NCBI GenBank assembly: GCA_951804945.1 | Contig: OX638149.1 | Location: forward strand, 31,744,001 to 31,808,000 | Source of the DNA: Podarcis cretensis | Lineage: Eukaryota | Direction: 5' to 3' | Length of the DNA stretch: 64,000 bases | In this document: piece by piece, positions 8,201 to 20,820 of the stretch | How the letters are laid out: the number at the start of each line of letters is the position of its first letter | Numbering within the stretch: the first letter of the stretch is position 1 | Notes under the pieces: generated by a model | What the model was told of the DNA's origin: nothing | What the model saw: the letters and a program-made list of their open reading frames with translations, nothing else | The model's database searches: none | Made by a program: the position numbers and the translations under genes

Positions 8201-11200
8201 TATGAAAGCAAACCAACCCTGGTTCTGTTATTCTGTTTGTGTACAGAGCCAGATTACATGAGGTAGGGGAAACAGAAGACTTGAGGAAGATCCAGCCGTT
8301 GAAAGCAACCAAACTACAATGTCCTGAACAAAATGTTAGGAAGCGGTAACTTTGCCTCCAGCTGTGAAGGAGATTTCGGCAGGTCCTTCTCGCTCCATTA
8401 ACCCACTTCTGTATTTAGCTCAGTGGGTCCTGCCTCTTCTTGGTGATGTAAATTCCAAGCCCAGAGCCAATTTGCACACTCCAGTTTCAGGATCAGTTCT
8501 CTGAATGATTCTTCTGAAAACAATTTGGGAACATATAGCTGTTGTGAATGGGTCCAGGGAAATCCTTGCGCCCAAAACTGAATGGAAACTTTAGAGGTAA
8601 CTGCTTGAAATGTGATCTAGTGCAGGGGCACATAGTGTCTCCTCTGTTCTATCTACCTCCATACTGGTAGGGAAGTCATTCAGGAATATACAGTAACGTA
8701 TTCGCACATTACATTCCCACAAGTATTTGGGTATAACAACTGCAAAAAACAACAACATGTGAACCAGTCCTGTTGTTTCATGCTGGAATAAGGTATTAAG
8801 GTGCCAATGCAGCTAGATTCATTTGTGGAAGTGAATGGTTCCTAATATTCATTTGACCAAAGCCCTGCATAAAAGTTACATGATTAATGTAATGATTTTT
8901 TTTAAAAGTCAGAATAACTCATCTAAATGGATGAGGGAAAGAGAGGTGTCAATAGCCATTAATAATGGATCTACATTTATGGTGAATGGGAGCCTATGAC
9001 CCGGCAGATCCTGTTGAATTCCAGCTCCCATCACACCAACCAGCATGGCCAGTAGTTGGGGGCGATGAGAGGATTGTAGCCCATCAAGATCTGGATGTCC
9101 ACTGGCTCCACACATCTGATGCAGAAGGACCATGCCATTGCCCCAAGATGCTCTTGATTAAAGTTAGACTCGCCATAAGTAGGAAGTTGGAACCCATAAA
9201 TCACTACGAAGAAGCTGGGGAAATTGAGGAGAGGTTGTCAAGATCCTTTTGTAATAGATATGCCCCCCTCACTTGCTGCAAGAGGAAACCTGGCAGCTGC
9301 TGGGCTTCTCCCTGCCGTGCAGCTGTGCTGATGCTCATGTAGATTAAAGCCAGTGGAGAGTGCTACCTAGAGGAAAGGAGGAAGCAGATTAGTCAAAGGG
9401 AGACATGGAAAGGTGGTTGGCCCAAGGTGAGCCTATTCAAAATGCTAGGGCAGTGTACTTGGGTGTAGAGAGAGAAAGCACAGGCCAAGACAAAGGTGGA
9501 AGGGGTGGTGAGACTCAGAAGAAGCTGGTAGAGAGGTGCCGCCAGGTGGAACTGGGTTGCTCTGGCAGAATGGCTTTAGCCTACCGGGCAGGTACGTTCT
9601 CGGCCTGTAACTGTGTATCTCCACAATACAGTGATAACAGCTGAGCCACAGACTCCATGGGCAAAGGCATCTCCTCTGTTGGTCCTTTGGGACCAAGTTG
9701 TCTTCATCCCAAGAGACGCCGCTGAACTTAGATCACAGGGAGGAAGATGGGGTTGAAATTTAGTAGGGATCTGCCTTGCAGAAATCTGTGGTACTCCAGC
9801 CACTTGCCTGAGCAACGGATTTGGTCCCATGTCTTAAAAAAAGAGAAGTGGCTGATGTTCAACTTTCCCATGGCTCTGTCCCTCTGCCAGGTGGTGATTC
9901 AGAATGAATTTCGGAGCCAAAGCCAGTCTCCTCCCCGTCTTTCTCCCTCAGGAAGCGGGGAGAGCCTTATTCCATGGAGGGTTTCAGGATTGATACAGGC
10001 AAATCTGAGCTTACACACACAGGAAACTGTTCTGGCTCCAAACCATCCACCAGATACCTCGCAAGTATTTGTCCTGTTCCAGGACTTGGGTCCAGCAGGG
10101 GAAGTGAGATAGCAGGAGGAGGAGAGCTTAAGCTCTGATAGGAAAGCAGACCCGATATTTTAGGAGCAGCCTCACATCCTCGTTCCAGATGGTGATAAAA
10201 GAGGAAGTTCCCTACACATGCACACAAACACTCCGGCATTTCATCCCAGGGACAGTAGTGCATCACAAAGAGAGAACGGGTGGCTGCGGTCCATGTTTAG
10301 CCTCAGCATGGCAGGCTTCCCAAAGGACCAGGCATGCTTGTCAAAAGCAGCTGAGAACACCACAGCTGTGTGCCTCTGGGGAAGCCGCCTCTGTATGTGT
10401 GTGAACTAAGGACCCCACGCAGCCTTCCCCTGGTCTATATTCCAGTCTGACTTTGGTGAACAGGGTGCAACTGGCCATCTTTTACTACAGGAACACGCAG
10501 CCTGCAGCCTTTAGCCTCTGTCCAAATTCATGTGGCTGTTTGCAAACAATCTAGCCATCCCCCAGAAGCTGGATGGGCAGGAATGGAAGAGGGAGGGAGA
10601 GAGAGGAGGGAAGGTGGGAGAGAAGGAGTTTCCCCACCCACTTTTGGCTCTGATCCTGCCCACAGCCTTGTCTCCCACTAGCATGCAGTCCTTGACAGAT
10701 TACCCCCCCCCCCAAAAAAAAACACCTCCAGGTTTTTCACTCCTGCTTTCCTATGTATGTAAACATATATCCATTATAAGTTTTACAATTGTTGCTTGTC
10801 CCGAGCATTGGGAATGGAATAGATTTAAAGAAACGAACGAATGTGCAGTATAAAAGAGAAAGAGCAAACTAAAATGCAAGCAATGTTTTAGTAGTGCATG
10901 TGGCTGGGACACAGGGCTTCTTTGTTTCTTGATGCCGAGAATTGTTAATCCACTTACAGGAACAACAGCTCAGTAGAAGCCACAGCTACCTTCCTCACTA
11001 CCTGCGACTTGGTGACTACATGGGACTATTTCACACTTGGTGCCCTTAGCATGTTTGCTGTGGCTTTATTGGTTCTGCAACAGGGTTCGTGGCTGTAAGC
11101 ATGTAAGAGTGTGAAAGATTTGCATTTCCAAAGTAATGGCGATCCTGTGCCATATGTACAACTAATATATACTCGTGCATACCTAGGGAATTCCCCAAGT

Positions 11201-11513
11201 CTGTAGAAACCACTGTCTTCTTATTGGGTGCCCCTGTTTCCTCTTCCAGTCTGGGAGTGAACTTGGGTGGTCAAGTGCCTATTGGAGACTTCATTCCCCT
11301 CACCTTTGTTATGTGTAACCAAGTGATTCTTCCGTGAGACACTGAGATCATCCATACCCCTGAGCTACTGCCAGGAACGTAGCTCTGGGCAAAATGATAC
11401 GTTTTATTGAGCCATTGTAATTCAGTGCATTGTAATTCAGTGAAGTTCTTGAATTTAACATATGGTTTGTTGGTTTACAGGTGTCAGCAAACTTTTCCAG
11501 CAGGGTTGGTTTA

Positions 11514-11755
11514 CAGGGGTCAGCAAACTTTTTCCACTGTCCCTCATACCTTGTGGGGGGCCAGACTATATTTTTTTTTTGGGGGGGGGAATTAAAAAAT
11601 GAATGAATTCCTATGCCCCACAGATAACCCAGAGATGCATTTTAAATAAAAGGACACATTCTACTCATGTAAAAACATGCTGATTCCCGGACTGTCCGCG
11701 GGCCGGATTTAGAAGGCGATTGGGCCATTTCTGGGCCTTAGTTTGCCTGCCCATG
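11514..11755. mobile_element. hAT-like MITE with a locally duplicated left end
   Basis: TIR-like ends CAGGGGTCAGCAAAC and GTTTGCCTGCCCATG. The left end is repeated at about 11469-11499. Confidence 0.65.
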
Positions 11756-12235
11756 GTTTATTCCTTGCAGAGGAGGCTGGTCCTTTAGAGTGAGCAGGGC
11801 ACTGTGCCACCAAACGCAGCCTGCCCCCATTTGCCTACTGGCCCTGGCTGTCAGTTTCCTCCTGCTCTGTCTCAGTCTTGCCCAGGCAGAACCAGCAGGC
11901 AAGGGGGTGGTAATAAAATGAGAATTAGTTGGCTCTGCCTGTCATTGACTCCACCAGCAGTAGGTCTCCTCCCCTGGCATCAGCTACCACTGATTCCTTA
12001 AGGCCAGCATGGCAAAACGACTGTCTACCATGACAATGCTGGAAGCAATGGGGATTTTTCTCCTATGCAAGCGTCTGCAATTTAGGGAGAAGAATCAAGG
12101 CGCAGCTAGACCCTGTCTCAGCTATTAATAACGCTGTCACCAAGTGCTGAATTTATGAGCCTGAGACCCTCTCATCTGTTGGATTATGGGCCATCCTGGC
12201 TAATAGGTTATTTCGGTTCCTTCTTTTTCTCTTAG

Positions 12236-12399
12236 ATGAACTGACTTACTGCCCCAAAGGCGTAACTTCCAACCTGTTCCGTTTCAACGTGTCTTCGGCA
12301 GAGAAGAACAGCACCAACCTCTTCCGGGCTGAGTTTCGGGTCCTGCGAGTGCCAAACCTCAGTTCGAAACGCACAGAGCAGCGTATTGAACTCTTTCAG
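12236..12399 (+). CDS. TGFB3: TGFB3 exon 2 (164 nt)
   Basis: Acceptor ttctttttctcttag. Encodes (N)[54 protein letters not shown]. Donor GTGAGC. Confidence 0.98.
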
Positions 12400-13393
12400 G
12401 TGAGCAAGCTCAATGCTGGGGCAGAGTGAAGTGTCTAGTTGGCACCCCGTCTCCCCCGAAAACATAAATGCTAACACTGGGATCATCTGTTATTAAACAC
12501 CATTTAATGTTATTTCTCTTAATGGTGTTACAATATTCTGCACCCAAATAAGAAATGTGGGAGGGAAAGAAATGTGCAAAGCTGTAGCATTAGGGGAGAG
12601 TTTTGTAAATGATCTCTCCATCCTCCCATTTTCCCATTTGTTTTCTACAGCTGGTTTAACTCCTGCGTTTAAAGCAAACGCTGCTGTACTTCAGGGAATA
12701 GCCTGAAGTATTTAAAGAAATAATAGAGCATTGGAACATTGTATATGTTCCAATGCTCTATTATTTCCTTACATACATTAGGACTCAGGGTTTCCAAACT
12801 TGGGTCTCTGGCTGTTTTTGGACTACAATTCCCATCATCCTGGAACGTAACCCTCGCATAAATGGGGAGTTGCCTGTACAATGTATAGTTGGCCCTTTAG
12901 TACCTTCTTTGCCAGCATTGCTTTCCCAGTATTTGTGGTGACACGCTGGAAGCAGAATCCTGTAAGCAGTGGCACAAGACCAGCTGGCCCATGTGCAAGG
13001 AGACAGCACATGTGGAATTTTCCAGCAGTTTTCCATCTGATTAGCTGCTGCTTGCCTAGTTGTTGCACAGCAGATCAGCCTTCAGTTTCTGACTGGCCTC
13101 CTTGTTGCATTTCATCACACCCGGTCAATCCTTGTGTGTTCTGCTGTATATTTTCACTTCTTCCTGTCTAAAGCATGTACAGAACTTGGAGGGTTCTCCT
13201 CTGCATTGAGCAGCAACTATTTTGACGCATTCTTGGGCTTCAGCGCCTTCATATCCAGCAAATCGGCAACACACAGGAAGCGTGCAAATGTTTGTATGGA
13301 GAGGATTGTCCTAGTCCGTTCTGGTTTGGGAAGACACACTTGCTGCTGTTGCTGAACTGAGCAGGGGGTCTTGCGTGTTTCCTCCCCATGCAG

Positions 13394-13523
13394 ATCCTGA
13401 AGCCTGATGAGCACATTGCAAAGCAGCGCTACCTCAGTGGCCGGAATGTGATGACGCGCGGCTCCTCTGAGTGGCTGTCCTTTGATGTCACGGACACAGT
13501 GCGAGAATGGCTTTTGCATAGAG
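13394..13523 (+). CDS. TGFB3: TGFB3 exon 3 (130 nt)
   Basis: Acceptor ccccatgcag. Encodes [43 protein letters not shown]. Donor GTGAGT. Confidence 0.98.
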
Positions 13524-15376
13524 GTGAGTGCAGCAGGAAGTAGGTTCAGGGATCCTCTTTGTCTGGATCAGGTGGTCATGCAGACATGTCCGTCAATAAC
13601 TCGTCACCAAGAGTGAACTACTTGCCATTCACAGCACAATGTTTAAATTGTTTCCACTGCCCATTTTTATTTTTTAGTTTCCTGACCCTCTGTCTGTCTC
13701 CCCCAACAAAATGAAGGCAAGATGTTATATTTTGCCCTGAGGGGGAGGCAAGCTGCGGCAGAAATAAGCTTTCAGACAAGATTTATTTCCCATTTTTGTT
13801 TTGTTTATTGATAATTTAATAATAATTTGATGTAAATGGCTTTGTGAAGTTTAGCAGTATATAAATACCTGAAATAACAAGTAATGTAAATTATAACAAG
13901 CAATACAGTACATATTTGCAATTAACCAAGGAAAGGGAATACGAATCAAAATAGGGAGAGCTAAAAAGAGGATATTGACCTCTGAGAAAGGCATTGCGCT
14001 TGACATGATATCTGTGGCACCTAGTCATATTTATTTTGACCTCCCCATTCCTCTAAGGGGCTCTGGGTAGCATAAACTTCCTTCTTTATCCTCATATCTT
14101 TCTTCTTTATCCCTGTGAGGTAAGTTAGATTGAGAGGGAATGGTCAGCTGAAGGTTACCTATTGACTTGGTGGCTGAGTGGGCATTTGAACCTGAGTCTT
14201 TCCAGTTCTACAAGCCATTCAGACATGCAAATCACCATTTTGATGCATTATGCTCACTCAGTGACTACAGCATCTGTGAAGCAGACAAAAGAGTCTAAAT
14301 TTAACCAGTAATAACTGTCATCGGTTCATTCTATTTTGTGAGGATGTATTCTGATAGATTTCTCAGCAGCTTCAGATATATGAGTAATTAACTTCTCTGG
14401 GGAAGTATGCTTTTGAGCAAAGCACTTCACTGGATTTCCATCATCCTAAGTAATAGTGCTGTCCAGAGAGTTCGCCGGTCGATAATTTTGTCCATTTCTC
14501 AAGTAGTTCATTAACCTGCTCCAGTTCTTAGATAAACAGACTGAAAGGCCAAAATCAGAGGGAGAAATCCTGTCCATGCTACAGAAAATAAAGGCAACTA
14601 ACTTGTAAGGGAGGCCCATACTTGTAAGTTGAGAGTGGTCCCCCGCTGCTTCTGTGGCTGTTCTCACCAAGCCACTGCCAACTCTGTTGCTTGACACTGC
14701 TCCCCAGTGCCCCCCTCAAATTGCACAGAGGGTAGACCAAACTAGCCCAAGGAAAGTTGGAAAGGTCAGATGGGTGGGGGAACCCAGCCCCAAAGGTCTC
14801 ATGGGCAACTGGTATCCCGACTGCAGGTGCAGGTGGCTGGGATGAGACTGCCAGTAAGCCAGTGCCACTGATTCAGTGGTACCACAAGTCCCTCAGAGCT
14901 GTGCCAGGGTTGTGAGGGGGTCTTGGCAAAGTGCCGTCGAATGGCCCCTCTGCATTTCCCATCTTAGTTTTCTCAAAATGCCGTGCTTTTGAAGTTCTGT
15001 CGTTCCAGGGCACTGTGGGTTTAAAAAAAATGCAAGCCCTCACTGGTAGCTGCCATGTTTTTGTGACATGATGGCTGTTTTTGTTTTTTTGTTTTTAAAT
15101 CAACAATGTTCTGGAAAGTTGGGGGACATACTATTTTAGAAAAAATAAGAGCCTGAAGCAGAGATCCTGTCAGATGTCACCATTGGCAGGCTTCACCATT
15201 GACGTACCACCACCGCTGTAACTCTTCCATTTTCAGATTTAGCATGTAGAGGCCATGCTCTAGTCTACATGCACACATGTGAGCACACATGTGTTGCACC
15301 GACACACCCTTACGAAGGTGGAACTCATGTAAGGGGGTGCACCAATGGTCAGCTACGATATTGGGCTAAATCTGTC

Positions 15377-15654
15377 CAGTGGTGTAACGTGGGTTGTCAG
15401 CACCCGGGGCAAGGCAAGTAATTTGCGCCCCCTAACCCGTGGATTTTAGCACTCAAGTCTCTTCCACTAGAGTATCCCACTTCCTGATTGGCTAGGAGGA
15501 GGATCTGTGTGACAATAGCGAAATTTTTGCGAAATCTGTGACAGCGCTGAGAGAGAGTGAGTGAGCCAGGTAGGGGCAGAGAGCTGCGAGTGCGAGCGCG
15601 CACCCCCCAGATGTTGTGCCCGGGCCCCCCTGCACCCCCCACGCTACACCACTG
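15377..15654. mobile_element. Non-autonomous hAT element with perfect 8-bp TSD
   Basis: TIRs CAGTGGTGTAACGTGGG and CCCACGCTACACCACTG. TSD AATCTGTC at 15369-15376 and 15655-15662. Confidence 0.9.
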
Positions 15655-17934
15655 AATCTGTCACCCCATAGTGAACCCAAATGCACATGCATCAAGTCGA
15701 TGTCTACACTGTCTTAGAGGACTTGGCAAGAAATTTGCTTCTGTTCAGCACAAGAAGCTGCTTGGGCATGAGGGCATCTTGAGGCAAAAATATTGATTCA
15801 TAGTTGGCCTGTCCTTGCAGGTACAGTTGTATCTGGATGCCAGTCAAAGCTGGTATGCAGGCAATAAATTCTAGGAGGAGAAGTCGATTTTACGCTTCTT
15901 AGATTTTTCTTGGCCAGAGTCCAGGGACTGAACTATTGGTAGTGCAAAGCTGTTAATCTGACTAGTAGCATGCATGTCACACAGCTTTTGATGTAGGTGA
16001 CGCTTGGAGATACAAGCAGCAGGTACCTTACCCAGGGCTTTGCGGCTTGTGCAATATAACAGTTGGTGCAGGGCTCGGCATTCATCAGAGAATATCAGGA
16101 GAAATGCCGGCAGCTATAGAATTCAAGATGTGGGATTCAGCAGCTGCCACCAGCTGGGAAGATTAAACAGGTGCTGAGATCCAATGGCTGCTTCTAGCTT
16201 GATCCTCGAGAGCCTTAGACAATTCCTCTGACTGCAGCTAGCAATGTCCACTTGCACAGTATATGTTGGTTACTGCTTCTTTCCCCCACCCCCTTGCCAG
16301 AGCTTTCAAATGCCATGACAATGCAAGGCAAATTCAAGATGGAAATTACATATGTAAAACGGATGAACCTGTGTTACTGTTCCCAACAAAGATCCCAGTT
16401 GCAGCATTTAGGGTTTTGTGGTTGTTTTGTTTTTGTGGGATTTCTGACTTGCGGTACAGAATTCCAAAAAGAAGCTTTCTTGTTGGTCTCAACCATTTAT
16501 ATAAAGACAAGGACAGGAGAGTTGTGCAGCCTAATGCTGTTCATATTTACTTAGAAATAAGTTCTGTGGGATTTCTCCCACCAAATTATCATAGGTCTGG
16601 AGCCTTGAGTGTCAAGAGTCCTCTCTTTTGTGTGTTTTCTGATTGGGCTCTAAATCTTATTATGAACATAATTCAGGAAAATCCTGCTTAAATGGATGGA
16701 CTCATACAAATCAAAAGGACGGGACCATCCAAAATTTCAGTGGAACTTGAAACAGCATCAAAGTGGAACTGCTAGGGATCGGTGGATCACTAAGTGTTGC
16801 TTTCTATCGGTTTCTCATTTTTCCAGTATTAATTTCAGTTCTCCACATCTCCATATACGTATTTTTTAAAATGAAAATCTCATGAAAATCTATTGCCATG
16901 TGAGTGGGCATTTCTCCTAATAGCCACACATTTGTATGCAGTTTTGCCTAATACACACTTTCCCCCAAAGCCATTATGTCTAATATAATGCTGTTTTGGA
17001 CATTATGTTCACTAATTTATGTATTTCCAAGCATACTTTATCCTAGTATATGCACTTTTGCGTATATTATTTGTTGGGGAAACTGCATTTGGAGAGGCAT
17101 GCATTTTGAAGGATAGCTGTGTTTTGTGCTGTTTCAGAAAGTGCAAATTTAGTAGGTTCGACTTTAAATGCAAACCGAGGCTACATTCACACAGTCATTT
17201 ATTGGATTTTAATGTTGCTTCCCTAGCTGTTAATTTCCACATGATATGTGAGCTTTCACATGATATAAAAACCACTTGTGGAACTATAGTGAAACATGGC
17301 AAAACTATAATGGAATATAGTGCACTCATTTCCATAAAATTTGCAAACTGATTTTTTTCTGGAAGGAAATTATACAGATATGAGCACTAAACTTGCATTA
17401 TATTCCACTATAGTTCTGGCAGTGGCTTTTATGTGGTGTGGAAGCTCAGATGTAATGCAGAACTTAAAAGTTAGGGGAAAGTTGCAAAAATTGAATAAAC
17501 TGCCATGTGAATGCAGCTAGAATCGCTGCCAAAGAGCAACCCAGGTCTGCTTACCTGCCCCAAGTCTCTCTCCATAGCATCTTCCCTGTCTTAATGTCAT
17601 TACATGATGCATTTTCCTATTCCTGCCACTGGCAGCCAATGTTGGGGGGCAAAGGTGAGGAACCTGGATGATGTCAGAACATGAAGTGACTTCAACTCTG
17701 CAACATGGAGCAGGATAGGAAAATGCATCATGAGCCGCCACTTTGAGCAGAAAGTCCATATTCACTGCATGTAAAACTCCGCCCCCATTTTCAGCAACAT
17801 AGGAGAATGTCAGTGCTGTTGTCTCCAAAGAAATTAAACATTGGTGGGGCAAAGGAAATGGAATTGCCGAAGAACTGTTTGGATTGCAGGGACGTTAAGT
17901 TGCTAGTTCTCATGAATTCTTTCTCTCCAAACAG

Positions 17935-18042
17935 AATCTAACCTGGGACTGGAGATCAGCATCCACTGCCCATGTAACACCTTCCAGTCCAATGGCGACA
18001 TCCTGGAGAACTTGCATGAGGTGCTGGAGATCAAGTTCAAAG
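17935..18042 (+). CDS. TGFB3: TGFB3 exon 4 (108 nt)
   Basis: Acceptor ctctccaaacag. Encodes (E)[35 protein letters not shown]. Donor GTGACA. Confidence 0.98.
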
Positions 18043-18417
18043 GTGACAGGGGAGAGATTGGAGGGGGAAGCAGCGAAATGGGCCATCAAGAGAAATGAAT
18101 CATTATCCCATCTACATTGGAGTGTTTTTAAAACATTGTTTCTGTGTGGGTTTTGCTGTGTTTCTTAACAATAAACCTGTGTTGGAGTTGTCATAGGAGG
18201 GCAGGGAGTACCTCAAAAGTGTGGAGGCACACGTACCTCACAAATGCATGTAATCTCCTTTCTGTGGGGAATCTTGGGAACTGTAGTTTTGTGAGGGATG
18301 CTAGGCATTTTTAACAGAATTCTAAGCACCTCCCCCAATCAACAGTTCCCAGGACTCTTTGGGGGAAAGGCCATGACAGAGAAACTGGCACAGAATGCTA
18401 AAGTGAAGGGATATATT

Positions 18418-18771
18418 CAAGGGTGGATCTACTATGAAACTACTGAAGCCTAAGCTTTCGGGCCCCTAATCCTGGAGGGGCCCCAAAAGCAACTGTAGTC
18501 TACATTGCTTAAAATTTTTAGGTCTTGTAAGACCCAATTTGAGTCGCATGACTTAAATGGATTAGGTTGTTTGTTTTTTGTATATATTTCAACAGTCCCA
18601 ATGTTTTAAGAGTCAGTCACACACAGACGTTGTCAAGGTGTGGTAATCTGTCGTGGTACAACCCCAATGAAGAAGATAACAGTGGTTACCCCCACCTCTT
18701 GGTTGCTGGTTGTGAAGGGGCCCCCATGACAGTTCAAGCTGCAGGGCCCCCAAAATGTAGGTCCACCACTG
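18418..18771. mobile_element. Older hAT-like MITE
   Basis: Imperfect TIRs CAAGGGTGGATCTAC and GTAGGTCCACCACTG, GGGCCCC subterminal motifs, TSD 6/8 match. Confidence 0.5.
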
Positions 18772-19375
18772 CATATATGTTTTGTTGCATAAAGGTGTGC
18801 GAAGCAGATACATTGCTGAAGTTAAAGTCTCTCTGGAAAACTCGGTTCTGATGCGTTCTTGGTTAGACTCTAGTTTCCAGCTGTCATGATGTGGGCATGA
18901 AGAATTTGGGCATCCGGCCTGAGGTGGCATAGGCAGCCAGCGGCTGAGTTAGGTTCAACATTAGCAGCTGCCTGGCTTTGGGCCCTGGGCTGTGGCCACG
19001 ATACCCACAGGCTCCACATCCTGGATATTCCTTCTGCTGCACAGTTCCAGTCATCTGACATCTTCCTTAAGCCATTAATCTTCCTCGGCCTTTCTTGAGA
19101 CTGAAACCAGTAACAAGAGGAGCAGATTAATGGCCCCACCACCAGTTTACAAATTATAAAGCAAATGACCCACAACACTTGGTTTCAGGCTAAGAGGAAA
19201 CCTCGTTTCTCCTGGCAAGGCTGGCTGCAGTCCTTACAGAGGAACCTCACAGGGGCCAGTACTGCTGGAGAGTTTCCCAAGCTGCCCTCCTGTTAAACAT
19301 CCTTCAGGGATTCCAACATTTTCCACTGCAGCTCTAGAGCAGGTTTTGCTGATGCCCTTCCCCTTCCCCTTCCAG

Positions 19376-19550
19376 GCATTGAGAGTGAGGACAGCCACGT
19401 GGGGCGTGGGGACTTGGGGAGCTTGAAGAAGCAGAAGGACCTGCACAACCCCCACTTGATCCTGATGATGCTGCCCCCCCACCGGCTTGGGAGCCCCGCC
19501 CTGAGAAGCCAGAGGAAGAAAAGAGCCCTTGACACCAATTACTGCTTTAG
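19376..19550 (+). CDS. TGFB3: TGFB3 exon 5 (175 nt) with RGDLGSL integrin motif (19405-19425) and RKKR furin site (19513-19524)
   Basis: Encodes (G)[59 protein letters not shown] and GTAAGC boundaries. Confidence 0.98.
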
Positions 19551-20057
19551 GTAAGCGAGGGATCGCTCTCCTTCCCTTCCACCTCACCCCCGGGGGTTAA
19601 CTGTGGCTCCACCCGTTTGCTCTGCAGCTGCAAGGCTGGCAATTGGCTATTTTTTATTTTGTTTTCACGTTTGCACTGTGATGGGGAAACGTTCTGGAAG
19701 CCCGACACAAAGCAGGGATGGCTAGTTCAGTCAAATATTGTGCTTGACAATGAGGGGTGCCTTTGAGTTTCGCATTTCCTGCTTAGCACGTGCGGAGCTC
19801 AGTGGCTTGCAATGTTTCCCTCAGTTTTGGTGAAATTCAGGGTCACACGCTTCTGATCCTCCTCTGGGCATTTCAGCCTGCCTGATCAAAGGACCCACAC
19901 TCCTCCCCCACGTGCTGTTTTGGTGGTTCCCCTGACCCTCCCCCCAGAGCCATTTTTTTTTGGGGGGGGGGATGCTCCATTGTGCAATAGGAAGTCCTTG
20001 CCCAGAGCTTTCGCTGATGGACTTGTTAGGCGAGTAGTTACAAATTCAACCAATTCC

Positions 20058-20473
20058 TCTTTTTTTTAATAAATAATTTTTATTAATTTTCCGACACAAA
20101 TATACAATTTTATCAAAATTTCCACAAATTTAGTTCTTTTTGGACTTCCTTCAGCTTCTCTGGCAATCATCCATATTTACCTCTCAATCACACATTTCTC
20201 TGTTTATATTGCCATTAAACTTCCCTCCCACTTCTATTTCTTTTTAACAATATATTTCAACTTTCACAGTGCTTCTTGAAACCCCGCCAGCGTTGTTTGC
20301 ACATCACATATTCTTTTCAGATATTCAACAAATTTCCCCCAGTCCTCGATGAACTTTTGGTCTCGAAGATATCTAATTTTTCCGGTTAGTCTGTCCAGTT
20401 CTGAATAGTCTGTCAGCTTCAGTCTCCATTCTTCTATCATCGGTATTTCCTCTTGTTTCCATTTCTGGGCCAG
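20058..20473 (-). mobile_element. 5'-truncated L1-clade LINE, antisense in TGFB3 intron 5, with 19-bp TSD
   Basis: Uninterrupted ORF2 C-terminus LAQKWKQEEIPMIEEWRLKL...DWGKFVEYLK, 3'UTR and A-tail. TSD TACAAATTCAACCAATTCC at 20039-20057 and 20474-20492. Confidence 0.88.
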
Positions 20474-20666
20474 TACAAATTCAACCAATTCCAGTCAGGC
20501 AGCAAAACTTGATTTGGGCTGCCATATTCAGCTGGTAGACTTCAAATCCAGCTTGCTAGGTCACAAGTCTGGCCTACTGCTTGTTTGAGCTTGAAAATTA
20601 TGGTGCAGAGGAGAAGTTCCTGTTTCTCCAAAGCCCTTGATTCCATTTCAAACCCTTTTGTTCCAG

Positions 20667-20820
20667 GAACATGGAGGAAAACTGCTGTGTGCGTCGCCTC
20701 TACATTGACTTTCGGCAAGACCTGGGCTGGAAATGGGTCCACGAACCCAAAGGATACTTTGCCAACTTCTGCTCTGGACCTTGCCCATACCTCCGCAGTG
20801 CAGACACAACTCACAGCACG
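20667..20820 (+). CDS. TGFB3: TGFB3 exon 6 (154 nt, mature domain)
   Basis: Encodes (R)[51 protein letters not shown]. Donor GTATGT at 20821. Confidence 0.98.
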
